Shown here piece by piece: positions 1 to 11,512 of a stretch of 64,000 bases of DNA. Both the position numbers and the translations under genes were made by a program. Positions within the stretch are counted from its first letter, which is position 1. Every line of letters begins with the position of its first letter. The stretch is from the human T2T-CHM13v2.0 reference genome, Homo sapiens: the NCBI RefSeq assembly GCF_009914755.1, contig NC_060928.1, one strand, 5' to 3'. A model generated the notes under the pieces. The model did not search any database. It saw only the letters and a program-made list of their open reading frames with translations, and was not told the DNA's origin.

Positions 1-1703
1 CAACAATGGCCAAGCTAGCCACTTCTATTTAACCCAGTACTGGAAGTTCTAGCTATAGCAATTAGGCAAGAGGAAGAAAGAAAAGACATCCAAATTGCGA
101 AAAAAAGGTAAACTGTCCCTGTTTGTAGATAACAAAATCTTAGATATAAAAATCCTAAAGACTCCACCAAAAAACTGTTAAAACTAATAAATGAAATCAG
201 TAAACTTACAGAATACAAAATCAATACAAAAAATCAGTAGCATTTCATACACTAATGGTGAGCAATATGAAAAAGCAATCAAGAAAACAGTTTCATTTAC
301 TATGGCTAAAAAAAGATATAATAATTAGAAATAAATTTAAACGAGGAGGTGAAAAATCTCTACACTGAAAACTATAGAACAGTGGTTAAAGAAACTAAAC
401 AAGACACAAATAAATGTAAAGATATCCCATATATATGGTTTGGAAGAATTAAACTTGTTAAAATGTCCATACCACCTAAAGTGATACACAGGTTCAATGC
501 TATCCCTGTCAAAATATTACTGTCATTCTTTACAGAAATAGAAAAAATAATCCTAAAATTTGTTTAGAACCACAAAAGTCTCTGAATAGCTAAAGCAATG
601 TTGAACAAGGAGAACAAAGCTGAAGGCGTTGCATTACCTGACTTCAAAATATACTACAATATAGCAAACAAAAAAGTGTAATACTAGCATAAAACAAGAC
701 ACATAGACCAATGAAACAGAATAGAGAGCCCAGAAAATCCACACCTTAATAGCCATCTGATTTTTTATCAAAGTGCTAAGCACACACAATGGGGACAGGA
801 CAGTCTTTTCAACAAATGGTGGTGGGAAACTGGATGCCTGCATGCAGAAGAGTGAAATTAGGCCCTTATTTCACGAAAAAATACAAAAATTAACTCAAAA
901 TGCATTGAAGACTTAAATGTAAGACTCGAAACTATGAAATTACTAGAATAAAACACAGAGGAAAAGCTTCATGAAATTGGTCTTGACAACTTTTTTTTGG
1001 ATATAACTTCAAATTGCAGGCAACAAAAACAACTATAGACAAATGGGATTACATCAAACTAAAAATGTTCTGCACAGCAACAGAAAATATCAAGAGTGAG
1101 GAAACACTCTTGAGGTTTGAAAACATTTTCTTGAGGAAGAAAATATTTGCGAGCTATGCATCTGATAATGGGATAATACCTAAAATTTATAAAGAATTCA
1201 AACTATTCAATGGCAAGAATACAAATAACCCAACTAAAAAATGGGCAGAGGACTTAAATAGACATCTCTCCAAAGAAAATATACAAATGAACAACAGATA
1301 TATGAAAAAAAATCCTTAACATCACTAATTATTAGGGAAATGCAAATTATACTGTGATGACATATTACCTCACTTCTGTGAGGATGGCTATTACAACAAA
1401 GACAAAAGATTACAATGATAGCGTGGATGTAAAGTAAAGGAAATGCTTGCACACTGTTGGTGGAAATGTAAATTAGTATACTCATTATGGAAAACAGTTA
1501 CGGAGGTTCCTCTAAACTTAAAAATAGAATTACCATGTAACCCAGCAATCCCATTACTCAGTGTATACCTAAAGGAAAGCAAGTCAGTATGTCAAAAGCA
1601 TATCTGCCCCCATATGTTGATTGAAGCATTATTCACAATAGCCAAGATACAGAATCAACCTGTGTCCATCAATGAATGAATGAATTAATTAAAAAATATG
1701 ACA
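1..1703 (+). mobile_element. Old LINE-1 (L1MA-type), 3' part of ORF2, degenerate; interrupted by Tigger1
   Basis: ORF fragments resemble L1 ORF2 ([39 protein letters not shown]...PAIPLL), with many stops and frameshifts. Confidence 0.9.
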
Positions 1704-3115
1704 TAGACATATCTTGTTTCATTGCACTTTACTTAATTATGCTTTACAGATTTTAGATTTTTAAGAAGGTTTGCGGTAACATTGCATCAAGCTAGTGTAT
1801 TAGTGCTACATTTCCAATAGTATAGTATCACTTCATGTCTCTCTGTCACACTTCGGTAATTCTCACAATATTTCAAACTTTTTTCACGATTTTATATCTG
1901 TTATGGTGATCTTGGATCACTGATGCTTTATGTCACTGTAATAATTGTTTGGGGGCACCACAAACCTCAAACACCCATGTAAGACAGTGAACTTAATTGA
2001 TAAATATTGTCTGTATTTGATAGCTTCACTGACCAGCCATTTCCCCTTCTCTCTTCCTCTCCTTAGGCCTCCCTCTTCCCTGAGACACAACAATATTGAC
2101 ACTAGGCCAATTAATAACCTTACAATGGCCTCTAAGTTTTCAAGTAAGGAGGGTTGCATGTCCCTCACTTTAAATCAAAGCCAGAAATGATTAAGTTTAG
2201 TGAAGAAGGCATGTCAAAGACTGAGATAGCCTGTAAGCTAGGCTTATTGTACCAAACAACCAAATTGTGAATGCAAAGGAAAAGTTCCTTAAAAAAACTA
2301 AAAGTGTCACTCCAGTGAATACATGAATAATAAGAAAGTGAAACAGTCTCATTATTGATATGATATGGAGAAAGTTTTAATGGTCTGAACAGAAATCAAA
2401 CCAGCCACAGCATTCCTTTAAGTCAAATCCTAATTCAGAGCATGACCCTAGCTCTCTTCAATTCTCTGAAGGCTGAGAGAGGTAAGGAAGCTGCAGAAGA
2501 AAGTTTGAAACTATCAAATGTTGGTTCTTGAGGTTTAAGGAAAGAAAGCTCAAGGTAAAACAGCAAATTATCCAGAAGATCTAGCTGAAATAACTGATGA
2601 AGATAGTTACACTAAATAATACATTTTCAATGTAGATGAAACAGGCTTCTATTGGAAGAAGATACTATCTAGGACTTTCAAAGCTAGTGAAAAGCCAATG
2701 TCTGGCTTTAAAGCTTCAAAGAACAAGCTGAGTCTCTTGTTAGGAGCTAATGCAGCTGTTAAATTATTTCTTATTTTAAAAAACTGCCACAGTCACTCCA
2801 GTCTTCAGCAACCACCACCCTAATCATTAGCAGCCATCAACATCAATGCAAAATCCTCCGCTAGAAAAAAATTATAACCTACTGAAGGCTCAGAGAATCA
2901 TTACCATTATTTAGCAATGAAGTATTTTTAATTAAGGTTTACACATTGTTTTTTAAACTTAATTCTATTGCACACTTGATAGACTATTGTATACAGTAAG
3001 CAAAACTTTTACATATCCTGGGAAGTCAAAAAATTTGTGTGACTCACTTTATTGTGATATTCACTTTATTGCAGGGTTCTGGAGCTGGACCCACAATATC
3101 TTCAAGGTATGCCTG
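1704..3115 (+). mobile_element. Tigger1 DNA transposon (TcMar-Tigger), internally deleted (~1.4 kb)
   Basis: Degenerate left TIR TAGACATATCTTG (consensus CAGGCATACCTCG). Right TIR CAAGGTATGCCTG is followed by TA at 3116-3117. Internal sequence is Tigger1-like and jumps near 2757, removing ~1 kb of transposase. Confidence 0.88.
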
Positions 3116-3615
3116 TATGTATACACAACGAAACACTATTCGGCCATGAAAAAGAAGAATAATCTGTCATTCATGACAACATGGAGGACATTATGCTAAG
3201 TGAAATAAGCCAGAGAGAAAGACAAATACTATATAAGCTCATGCATGCAGAATCTAAAAAAGTTGATCTCATAAAAGTAGAGAATAAAATGGTGGTTACC
3301 AGAGGTTGGGGTGGCTGTGAAGAGGACTGGGGAGACATTGGTCAAAATATATAAAATTATAGTTATATAGGAGTTATAAGTTCACGAAATCTGTTTTTCA
3401 GCATAGTGACTATACTTAATAATGATGGATTACATTCTTAAACAATGCTAAGAATGAATGTTAAATGTTCTCACCATAAAAATAACTGTGAGGAAATGCA
3501 TATTTTAATTAGCTACACTTAACCATTCCAAAATGTGTAGGTACTTCAAAACATCACGTTACATATGATAGATACATTCAATTTTATGTCTCAATTTAAA
3601 ATAAATAATTTTAGA
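3116..3615 (+). mobile_element. 3' end/3' UTR of the same L1MA (L1MA5-like)
   Basis: L1 sequence resumes right after the Tigger1 TIR, with L1MA 3' UTR motifs (AAGTTGATCTCATAAAAGTAGAG, TGTTCTCACCATAAAAA) and an A-rich end. Confidence 0.8.
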
Positions 3616-3617
3616 AA

Positions 3618-3740
3618 ATTAATTTTTAAAATTGATATATAATACTTGTATATATTTATGGGATACAAAGTGATGTTTCAATACATATAGTGTGTCGTGA
3701 TCAAGACAAAAGTAATTACCTCTGGTTATAGCACCCCCAA
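3618..3740 (-). mobile_element. Short L1MA 3'-end fragment, tail-to-tail with the previous L1
   Basis: TTGTATATATTTATGGGATACAAAGTGATGTTT matches the reverse complement of an L1MA 3' terminus. Confidence 0.55.
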
Positions 3741-4477
3741 AAAACTGATCATCATCTTTAACTCTGACAATCTCTAGGTGTGGGAGAACAAAAGCTGCTT
3801 TCATCTTTAACAATGCATTGGATCAAAGTTTGTATTATCAAGAACATACATTCTTTCAAATGTTTTTCCAAAAAGGAACATATATTTTTAATATTCTAAC
3901 TCCCCAATTGGTTGGTAGCCATATACCAACCAATCTCATTAAGCTGTCATGGCTGTTAGCTTTTCTTCTTTTCTAAACCATTAAATTAAAAAAAAAATGC
4001 AAAAGATTTTATAGATCAAAGCCAATTAATTGGTACCCTGGTATGCACAAAGTTAAGGACCGAGTTGTTTTATTTGAATAGTCACACTGAGAAAGCTCAA
4101 TATTAATTCACTCTGTCCCCAAACATGCATATTTTAAATGCAATTCCTTTTAGAAAACAAGGGGAACATAAGATAGTGCTTGATTCTTTTTCCTAAATGC
4201 TTTTTCTTTCCTTCTTATTAATTTGAAAGAAGGATACATTAGGTAACTTTTTTTATACCTTTAAGAAGATTTAATTTAGTGTTTCTACCAGGCACTGTGA
4301 AAAAAAAAATTGCTTTAAAAGACAAACAATAGCAAGAAATACATTGAATCATTATTCTAATAGGGTGCAAATACATTTGAATAAGCGATTAAATAGACAT
4401 TTCAAACAAATTAATAAAAACATTGATTCTAACTTTAGTGAGATAACACTGATGAAAGAGTCTCTTAGGTAATGGCC

Positions 4478-4492
4478 GGGGGGGGGGGGGGG
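4478..4492 (+). repeat. G15 homopolymer
   Basis: 15 consecutive G. Confidence 0.95.
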
Positions 4493-7022
4493 AACAGCAT
4501 ACTTTTCCAGAGAAAGGAACATAGCTCTAAGTCTCCAAGAATGAGTGAGTATTATGAGGTAAAGGTCTAGCAGGGAGGTCAGCAAGCACTAAAAGTGGGG
4601 AGAGTGGAATATTCTGTTGTTATCAAGGGAGGAAGAGTAAAAACTTTGATGTGGACTAAATAGATATGGTGAGTAGCGTGGAGTAGGAATGAGGCAAGAT
4701 TTAAATTAAACTGCATGTCAAGAACTTCTGGTTTCTAATCCAACATGTAAGGAACTTTGAAGCCATCACTGCATCCTAACCACAAGTAAAAATCTGATCA
4801 AATTGAAAACTAAACTGCTCTTCTTAGATTGACTAGAGACCTGAGGTCACAGAACAAACTGCTGTGGAGTTTGTAGAGAGGCAGCTACAGAGAATTCAAC
4901 TTAACAGAGCAGAAACGTACTCCTGTTGGAGCCAGTACCAGGGTAGGAAAGCTTGAATTGTCATTAATGCTGGAGGCTTAGTGTAGACAAGTCTAAGATG
5001 AAAAATAAAAATAAAAAATAAAAAAAACTCCAGGGGACCCAGTCTTAGTGAGGCTTTTGCATTTTTTTGAGTTTTATCTTTAGCTCTACGAAGTTCTCAA
5101 GATGAACATTAGAGAAAAATTTCTTTGGGCTTCTCGCAGGGGAAGGAAAAGTAACAATTTTAAAATACACCACAGCATTCCATTATTCTTAAGACCTTAT
5201 CTTGAGAAAAACTATTTTGCCAGAGCCTAACCTACTGGGGTTTTAGCAGAGCCTAACTTATCTGGGGGAAAGGAGGTACCTAACTCCATCCTCCACTAAC
5301 CATCCTATATCACATAAAGAGCAGAAAGAAAAAAATTGAGATGCATTTGTGAAATTCACACCACAGGAGCAGAGGCTCACTAAAAGAGTAAAATCTAAAC
5401 ATGGGGCTGCGGAAAGCTTCCGCTCCCTCTACCATGATGTTATAAAACTCTATTTTCCACATTTTCCTTTACCAGTGCATCACATCTGCTGTTTAACAAC
5501 AACAATAAAAACCATTATAAGGCATACTTGAGAAACAGAGCAATGGGGTGGCATAAATATTGAATTTATCAGATTCAGTTATGACAGAAATGTTGACATT
5601 ATCAGACCATGAATATAAACCATATTTGGTTAATATGCTAAGGGCTGTAATGAAAAAAAATACACAACATTAAAGAACAGATGAACAATGAAAGCAGAGA
5701 AATTGAAATTATAAGAATACATAGAAAATAAATGCTTACCATAAAAAACTGAAACAAAAATAAAGAATGGCTTTGAGAGGATCATTAGTAGACTGGACAA
5801 GCCTACGGAAAGAATCTCTGAGCTTAAGGATATGTCAATAGAAACGTCCCAAACCAAAAAACAAGGAGAAAAACACACCAGAAAAATGCAACAGAATATC
5901 CAAGAACTGTGGGACAACTACAAAAGCTGTAATATCTACATAATTAAAATAAAAGGAGAACAAAGAGAGAAAGAAATAAAACAAATAGAAGTAGTAAAAT
6001 GACTTAGAACTTCCCTAAATGAATATCAAACACCAATCCACACATACAGGAAGCTCAGAGAACACCAAGTAGTATCAATATAAAAAACTACACCCAGGAA
6101 TATCATATTTAAACTGCAGAAAATCAAAGATAAAGATCAAATGTTGAGTTAATCCAGTGAGAAAAAATACCTCTCCTATAAAGTAGAAAATATAAGAATT
6201 AATCCAACTTCTCAAAAAAAATATAAGCAAGAAGAGAGTAGAGTGAAATATTAAAAGTATTGGCAAAAGAAAATAAAGCAAGACATACACACACACAAAC
6301 CACATCACCTTGAATTCTTTCGCCTGTAAAATTACAATGCAAAAGTGAGGGAAAACTAAAGACTTTCTCAGACTGGTGAAAATTGCAGGGTTTGTTGCTA
6401 ATAGACCTACCTTGCAAGAAATGTTAGAAGTTTTTTAGAGAGAAAAAAAGTAATGTAGGCCAGAGACTTGGAACTGCATGAAGAAATAATATTAGAGAAG
6501 GAATAAATGAAAGTAAGATTGTAAGTTTTAGTTTTCTTATTCCTATCTAATAGATAATGGTTTGTTCAAAATAAAAATAACAATAATGTAATTGATGATT
6601 ACAGCTTTTGTATAAGTGAAATGAATGGTAACAATGCTACGTGTGATTAGAGGGAGGAATTAGAAGTATGTTGTTATTATAAGGTACTTGCACTACTTCT
6701 GAAATTGCATTTCAAAGCAACCACTAAAAAAATAAAAATAAAAATAAGTATAGTTGATACAGTAAGAAGAGAGAAAATGGAATCATATAAAATGCTTAAT
6801 TGAACCTACAAAAAGCAGAAAAAGAGGGGAAGACAAAATAGGAACAAAGAGCAAGGGCATCAAATAGAAAACAGTGACAAACATGATAGACATTAATGTG
6901 ACTATATCAGTGAGTACTTTACATATCAATTGTCTAATAATACTAATTTAAAAGACAGCAATTGTCAGGGTGAATTAAAAAACAAGACTCAACTATGTGT
7001 TGTTTATAAGAAATCAACTTTA

Positions 7023-7484
7023 GGAATGAGTCCGCCGGATCGGTGACTGCGGAGGGCTAGGTGACCCCGGCCGCCGCCATGATGGGCAGCGAGTTTGGGA
7101 ATCGGACGTAGATGCAACATGTGATCTCCTACAGCTTGTCACCTTTTGAGCAGCGTGCCTCCCCGTACTACTTCCGTAAAGGAATCCCCAACGTGCTGCG
7201 CCGCACTCGGCAGTCTTTCCTTCGCGTAATGCCGCCGTTTGTAGTGTTTTATCTTATCTATACATGGGGGACTCAAGAGTTTGAGAGATCCAAGGGGAAG
7301 AATCCAGCTGCCCATGAAAATGACAAATGAGCAACACATCCGGATGATGGTTCCCTGTCCCTGGAAGAGCTTTCTCTGGAAGAGGAGTCTGCATTGTAGT
7401 GTCTTAACGACACAATAAACTTCCTATGTTCTGCAAAATAAAAAGAGAAAGAAAAGAAAAAGAAAAAGAAAAAAGAAAAAAAGA
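7023..7484 (+). pseudogene. UQCRQ: Processed pseudogene of UQCRQ (complex III subunit 8/QP-C)
   Basis: Intronless [25 protein letters not shown]...[10 protein letters not shown] from ATG 7082 to TGA 7330, with premature TAG at 7109-7111. AATAAA at 7414-7419, A-rich tail, TSD AAATCAACTTTA (7011-7022) / AAATCAACTCTA (7485-7496). Confidence 0.95.
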
Positions 7485-9278
7485 AAATCAACTCTAAATA
7501 TGAAGACACATATAGATTGAAAGTGAAGGGATGGTGAAAATATGCCATACTAACACAGATAAAAAATCAAGTATCTCTATCCACTATAATAATGTCACAC
7601 AAAACACACTTCAGAGCTAGGATAATTATCAGGGATAAAAAGAGGCATTACAAAATGATAAAAGATTGACTCTCCAAGAAGATAGCAATTCTTAAGGTAT
7701 ATGCATCTCACAGAATGCCAAAATACATGAAGCAAAAGCTGATAGGACTGCAAGGAGAAATAAATGAATCAATTACTATAGTTGGAGACATCATCACTTC
7801 TCTATCAAAAATGGATAGATCCAGCAGGCAGAAAATTAGTAAGGACATACTTTAACTCAACACCACCATCAGTTAACAGGATATAATGAATATCTACAGA
7901 ATAATTCATTCAACAATGCAGAATACACATTCTTCTCAAGCTTACATGAAATTGCCACCAAAATAGACCACATTTTTGGACATAAAAGACAACTTAACAA
8001 ATTTAAAATAGTAAAAATCATGTAATGTCTACTCTCAGATTATGACTCAATCAAACTAGAAACCAGCAACAGAAAGATAGCTGGAAAAAACCTCTCAAAA
8101 TACTTGATTAGAATACATACTCCTTAATGATACATGATTGAAGAAGAAATTTCAACAGAAATTTAAGATGTTTTGAATTAAATACAACTACCAAAATGTA
8201 TGAGATTCAGTGAGCAGTGGTTAGAAGAAAACTGTAGCATGTACCAGAAAATAAATTTTAAAAAATCAATTATCTACATGTTCACCTTAGGAACCTACAA
8301 AATAAAATAACAAGTTAAATTCAAATAAAGCAAAAGAAAAAAATCAGAGCCAAAATCAATTAAAGCAAAAATAGAAAATCAATAAAGAAAATCTACAAAA
8401 TAAAAATTGTTTTTTTTTTTTTTTGAAAAAAAATCTGTACAAGTGATAAGCCTCTAGACAGGCTAACTTTTAAAAAAGAGAGAAAACACAAATTATTAAT
8501 AACAAAAGTGAAAATGGTGCCACTACTGCAGATCTGATAGACATTAAATAAGTAATAAAGGAATACTACAAACAACTTCATGCCCCACAATTTAATAACA
8601 CAGATTAAACGGCCTAATTTCTGGAAATAAACAATCTGCTAAAACCTACCTAAGATGAAACAGACAATCTGAATAGGCCTATATCTATTAAAGAAATTAA
8701 GTCAACACTTAATAACATTCCAAAAAGAAATCACGAGATCTAGATAATTTCACTGGTGAATTCTACCAAACACTTAAGTGAGAAATTATAAAATATTTTC
8801 CAGAAGATAGAAGCAGAAGGAAAACTTCATAATTCATTCTATTGCTATGTAACCAACACCATCCTAACACCAAAACCAGACAAATATATTACCAAAAAAA
8901 TCTAAAAACCAACATCTCTTGTAAACATAGATGGCAAAATCCTCATCAAAATATTAACAAATTAATCAAAAAAGTATCAAAATAATTATACATTATGACC
9001 ACATGAGATTTATTTCAAGTATGCATGACTAGTTCAACATTCAAAATTCAATTTATATAATCCAACACATTAACAGGCTAAAGAAAAAAAACTACATGAT
9101 CACATCAGTAGATGCAGAAATAACACTTGAGAAAATTTAACACCTATTCATGATAAAAACTCTCAGCAAACTAGGAATAGAGGGGAACTCCCACAACTGG
9201 ATAAATAACATGTACAAATAATCTATAGCTAACACTATCCATAATGGTGAGAAACTTGAAGCTTACCTGTAATATCAA

Positions 9279-9712
9279 TGTTTAGTCCATTTTCTGTTAT
9301 TTTGAATAGAATACCTGAATTTGTGTAATTTATAAGAAAAGGAATTCCTTTCTTACAGTTCTGAAAGCTGAGAAGTACAATGTCAAGGGACTACATCAGG
9401 TGAAAGTCTTCTTGCTGGTGGGAACTTTCTACAGAATCTCCAGGTGGTACAGAGTATCACATGGTGAGAGGGCTTAGCATACTAATGTGCTAGCTCAGCT
9501 CTCTCTTCCTCTTCTTATAAAGTCACTAGTTCCCCTCCCATTACAAGCCACTAATCCAGTAATCTATCTATTAATTCATGAATGTATTAATTCATTCATA
9601 GGTGCAGAACCCTCATGATCCAATCTCCTATTAAGGGCCCCACTTCTCAACACTGCCATACTGTGGACCAAGTTTCAACATGAGTTTTGGAGGGGACATT
9701 CAAACCACAGCA
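9279..9712 (-). mobile_element. Solo MaLR LTR (MSTB/C/D-like)
   Basis: TG...CA termini, MST-type sequence (GGAGGGGACATTCAAACCACAGCA), 5-bp TSD ATCAA/ATCTA. Confidence 0.8.
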
Positions 9713-9914
9713 ATCTAGAACAATGAAAGGATAACCCCTCCCGCCATTCTTTATCACATCATACTACAAATCCTTCCTAATGCAATAAAGTACATAGAAT
9801 GGAAAGGAAAATATAAAACTGTCTTTGTTCACAGATAATATGATCAACTATATGGAAAATCTGAAAGAATCCACAAACTCCTGGAAATATTAAGCAGTTA
9901 CAGCAAGGTTATAG

Positions 9915-11512
9915 TGTGTCCGGAATTGGTGGGTTCTTGGTCTTGCTGACTTCAAGAATGAAGCTGCGGACCCTCGCAGTGAGTGTTACAGTTCTTAAAG
10001 ATGGTGTGTCCCAAGTTTTTTCCTTCAAATGTTCAGATGTGTCCAGAGTTTCTTCCTTCTGGTGGGTTCGTGGTCTTGCTGACTTCAGAAGCGAAGCTGC
10101 AGACCTTCGTAGTGAGTGTTACAGCTCTTAAAAGTGGTGTGTCTGGAGTTGTTTGTACCTTCCAGTGGGTTTGTGGTCTTGCTGGCCTCAGGAGTGAAGC
10201 TGCAGACCTTTGTGGTGAGTGTTATGGCTCATAAAGGAGGCACGGACCCAAAGAGTGATAAGCAGCAAGACTTATTGCAACAGCAAAAGAACAAAGCTTC
10301 CACAGCATGAAAGCGGATCTGAGTGGGTTGCCACTGCTGGATCAGGAGGCCTGCTTTTACTCCCTTATCTGGCCCCACCCACATCCTGCTGATTGGTCCA
10401 TTTTGACAGAGCGCTGATTGGTGCATTTACAAACCTTTAGCTAGACACTGAGCGCTGATTGGTGCATTTACAATCCTTTAGCTAGACACAAAAGTTCTCC
10501 AAGTCCCCTACCTGATTAGCAAGACACAGAGTGCTGATTGGTGCATTTACAAACCTTTAGCTAGACACAGAGTGCTGATTGGTGCATTTACAATCCTCTA
10601 GCTAGACATAAAAGTTCTCCAAGTCCCCACTAGATTAGCTAGACACAGAACACTGATTGGTGCATTTGCAAACCTTTAGCTAGACACAGAGTGCTGATTG
10701 GTGCATTTACAATCTTCTAACTAGACATAAAAGTTCTCCAAGTCCCCACCAGATTAGCTAGATACAGAGTGCTGACTGGTGCATCCACAAACCCTGAGCT
10801 AGACACAGAGTGCTGATTGGTGCATTTACAATCCTCCAGCTAGACATAAAAGTTCTCCAAGACCCTACCTGATTCAGGAGCCCAGCTGGCTTTGCCTAGT
10901 GGATCCTGCACCAGGGCAGCGGGTGGAGCTGCCCACCAGTCTCGCGCTGCGTGCCTGCACTCCTCACCCTTTGGGCGGTCGATGGGACCGGGTGCCACAG
11001 AGCAGGGGGTGGCGCCTGTCGGGGAGGCTCCGGCGGCGTGGGAGCCCACCAGTGGGGAGTGGGGCTCAGGCGTGGCAGGCTGCAGGTCCCAAGCCCTGCC
11101 CTGCAGGGAGGCAGCTGAGGCCTGGTGAGAATTCGAGCATGGCAAGGGTGGGCCAGCAGTGCTGGGGGACCTGGTGTACCCTCCACAGCTGCTGGCCTGG
11201 GTGCTAAGCCCCTCACTGCCCTGGGCCGGTGATGCCAGCTGGCTGTTCCTAGTGCGGGGCCGCAGAACCTGCGCCCACCTGGAACTCACCCTGGCCTGTG
11301 AGTGCCGCATGCAGCCCTGGTTCCTGCTGGCGTCTCTCCCTCCACCCCTCCCCGCAAGCAGAGGGAGCTGGCTCTGGCCTCAGCCAGCCCAGGGAGGGGC
11401 TCCCACAGTGCAGCAGTGGGCTAAAGGGCTCCCCAAGCGTGGCCAGAGTGGATGCCGAGGCCAAGGAGGCACCGAGAGCGAGCGAGGGTTGCTAGCACAT
11501 TGTCACCTCTCA
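9915..11512 (-). mobile_element. Solo ERV9 LTR (LTR12 family, C/D/E-like), ~1.6 kb
   Basis: On the minus strand it starts TGAGAGGTGAC and ends CCACCAATTCCGGACACA. Perfect 4-bp TSD ATAG (9911-9914 / 11513-11516). GC-rich U3 with tandem enhancer repeats. Confidence 0.95.
10350..10870 (-). promoter_or_regulatory. LTR12 U3 enhancer/promoter: tandem ~40/80-bp repeats with about eight CCAAT (NF-Y) boxes, plus GATA and CACCC motifs
   Basis: Repeated GCTGATTGGTGCATTTACAA...TAGCTAGACA units. CTTATCT and CCCCACCC lie at 10364-10380. Confidence 0.75.

Noticed and set aside
10400-10860. Repeat-spacer pattern resembling a CRISPR array
   Set aside because: The intervening segments are themselves repeats; this is the known ERV9 LTR enhancer array in primate DNA.
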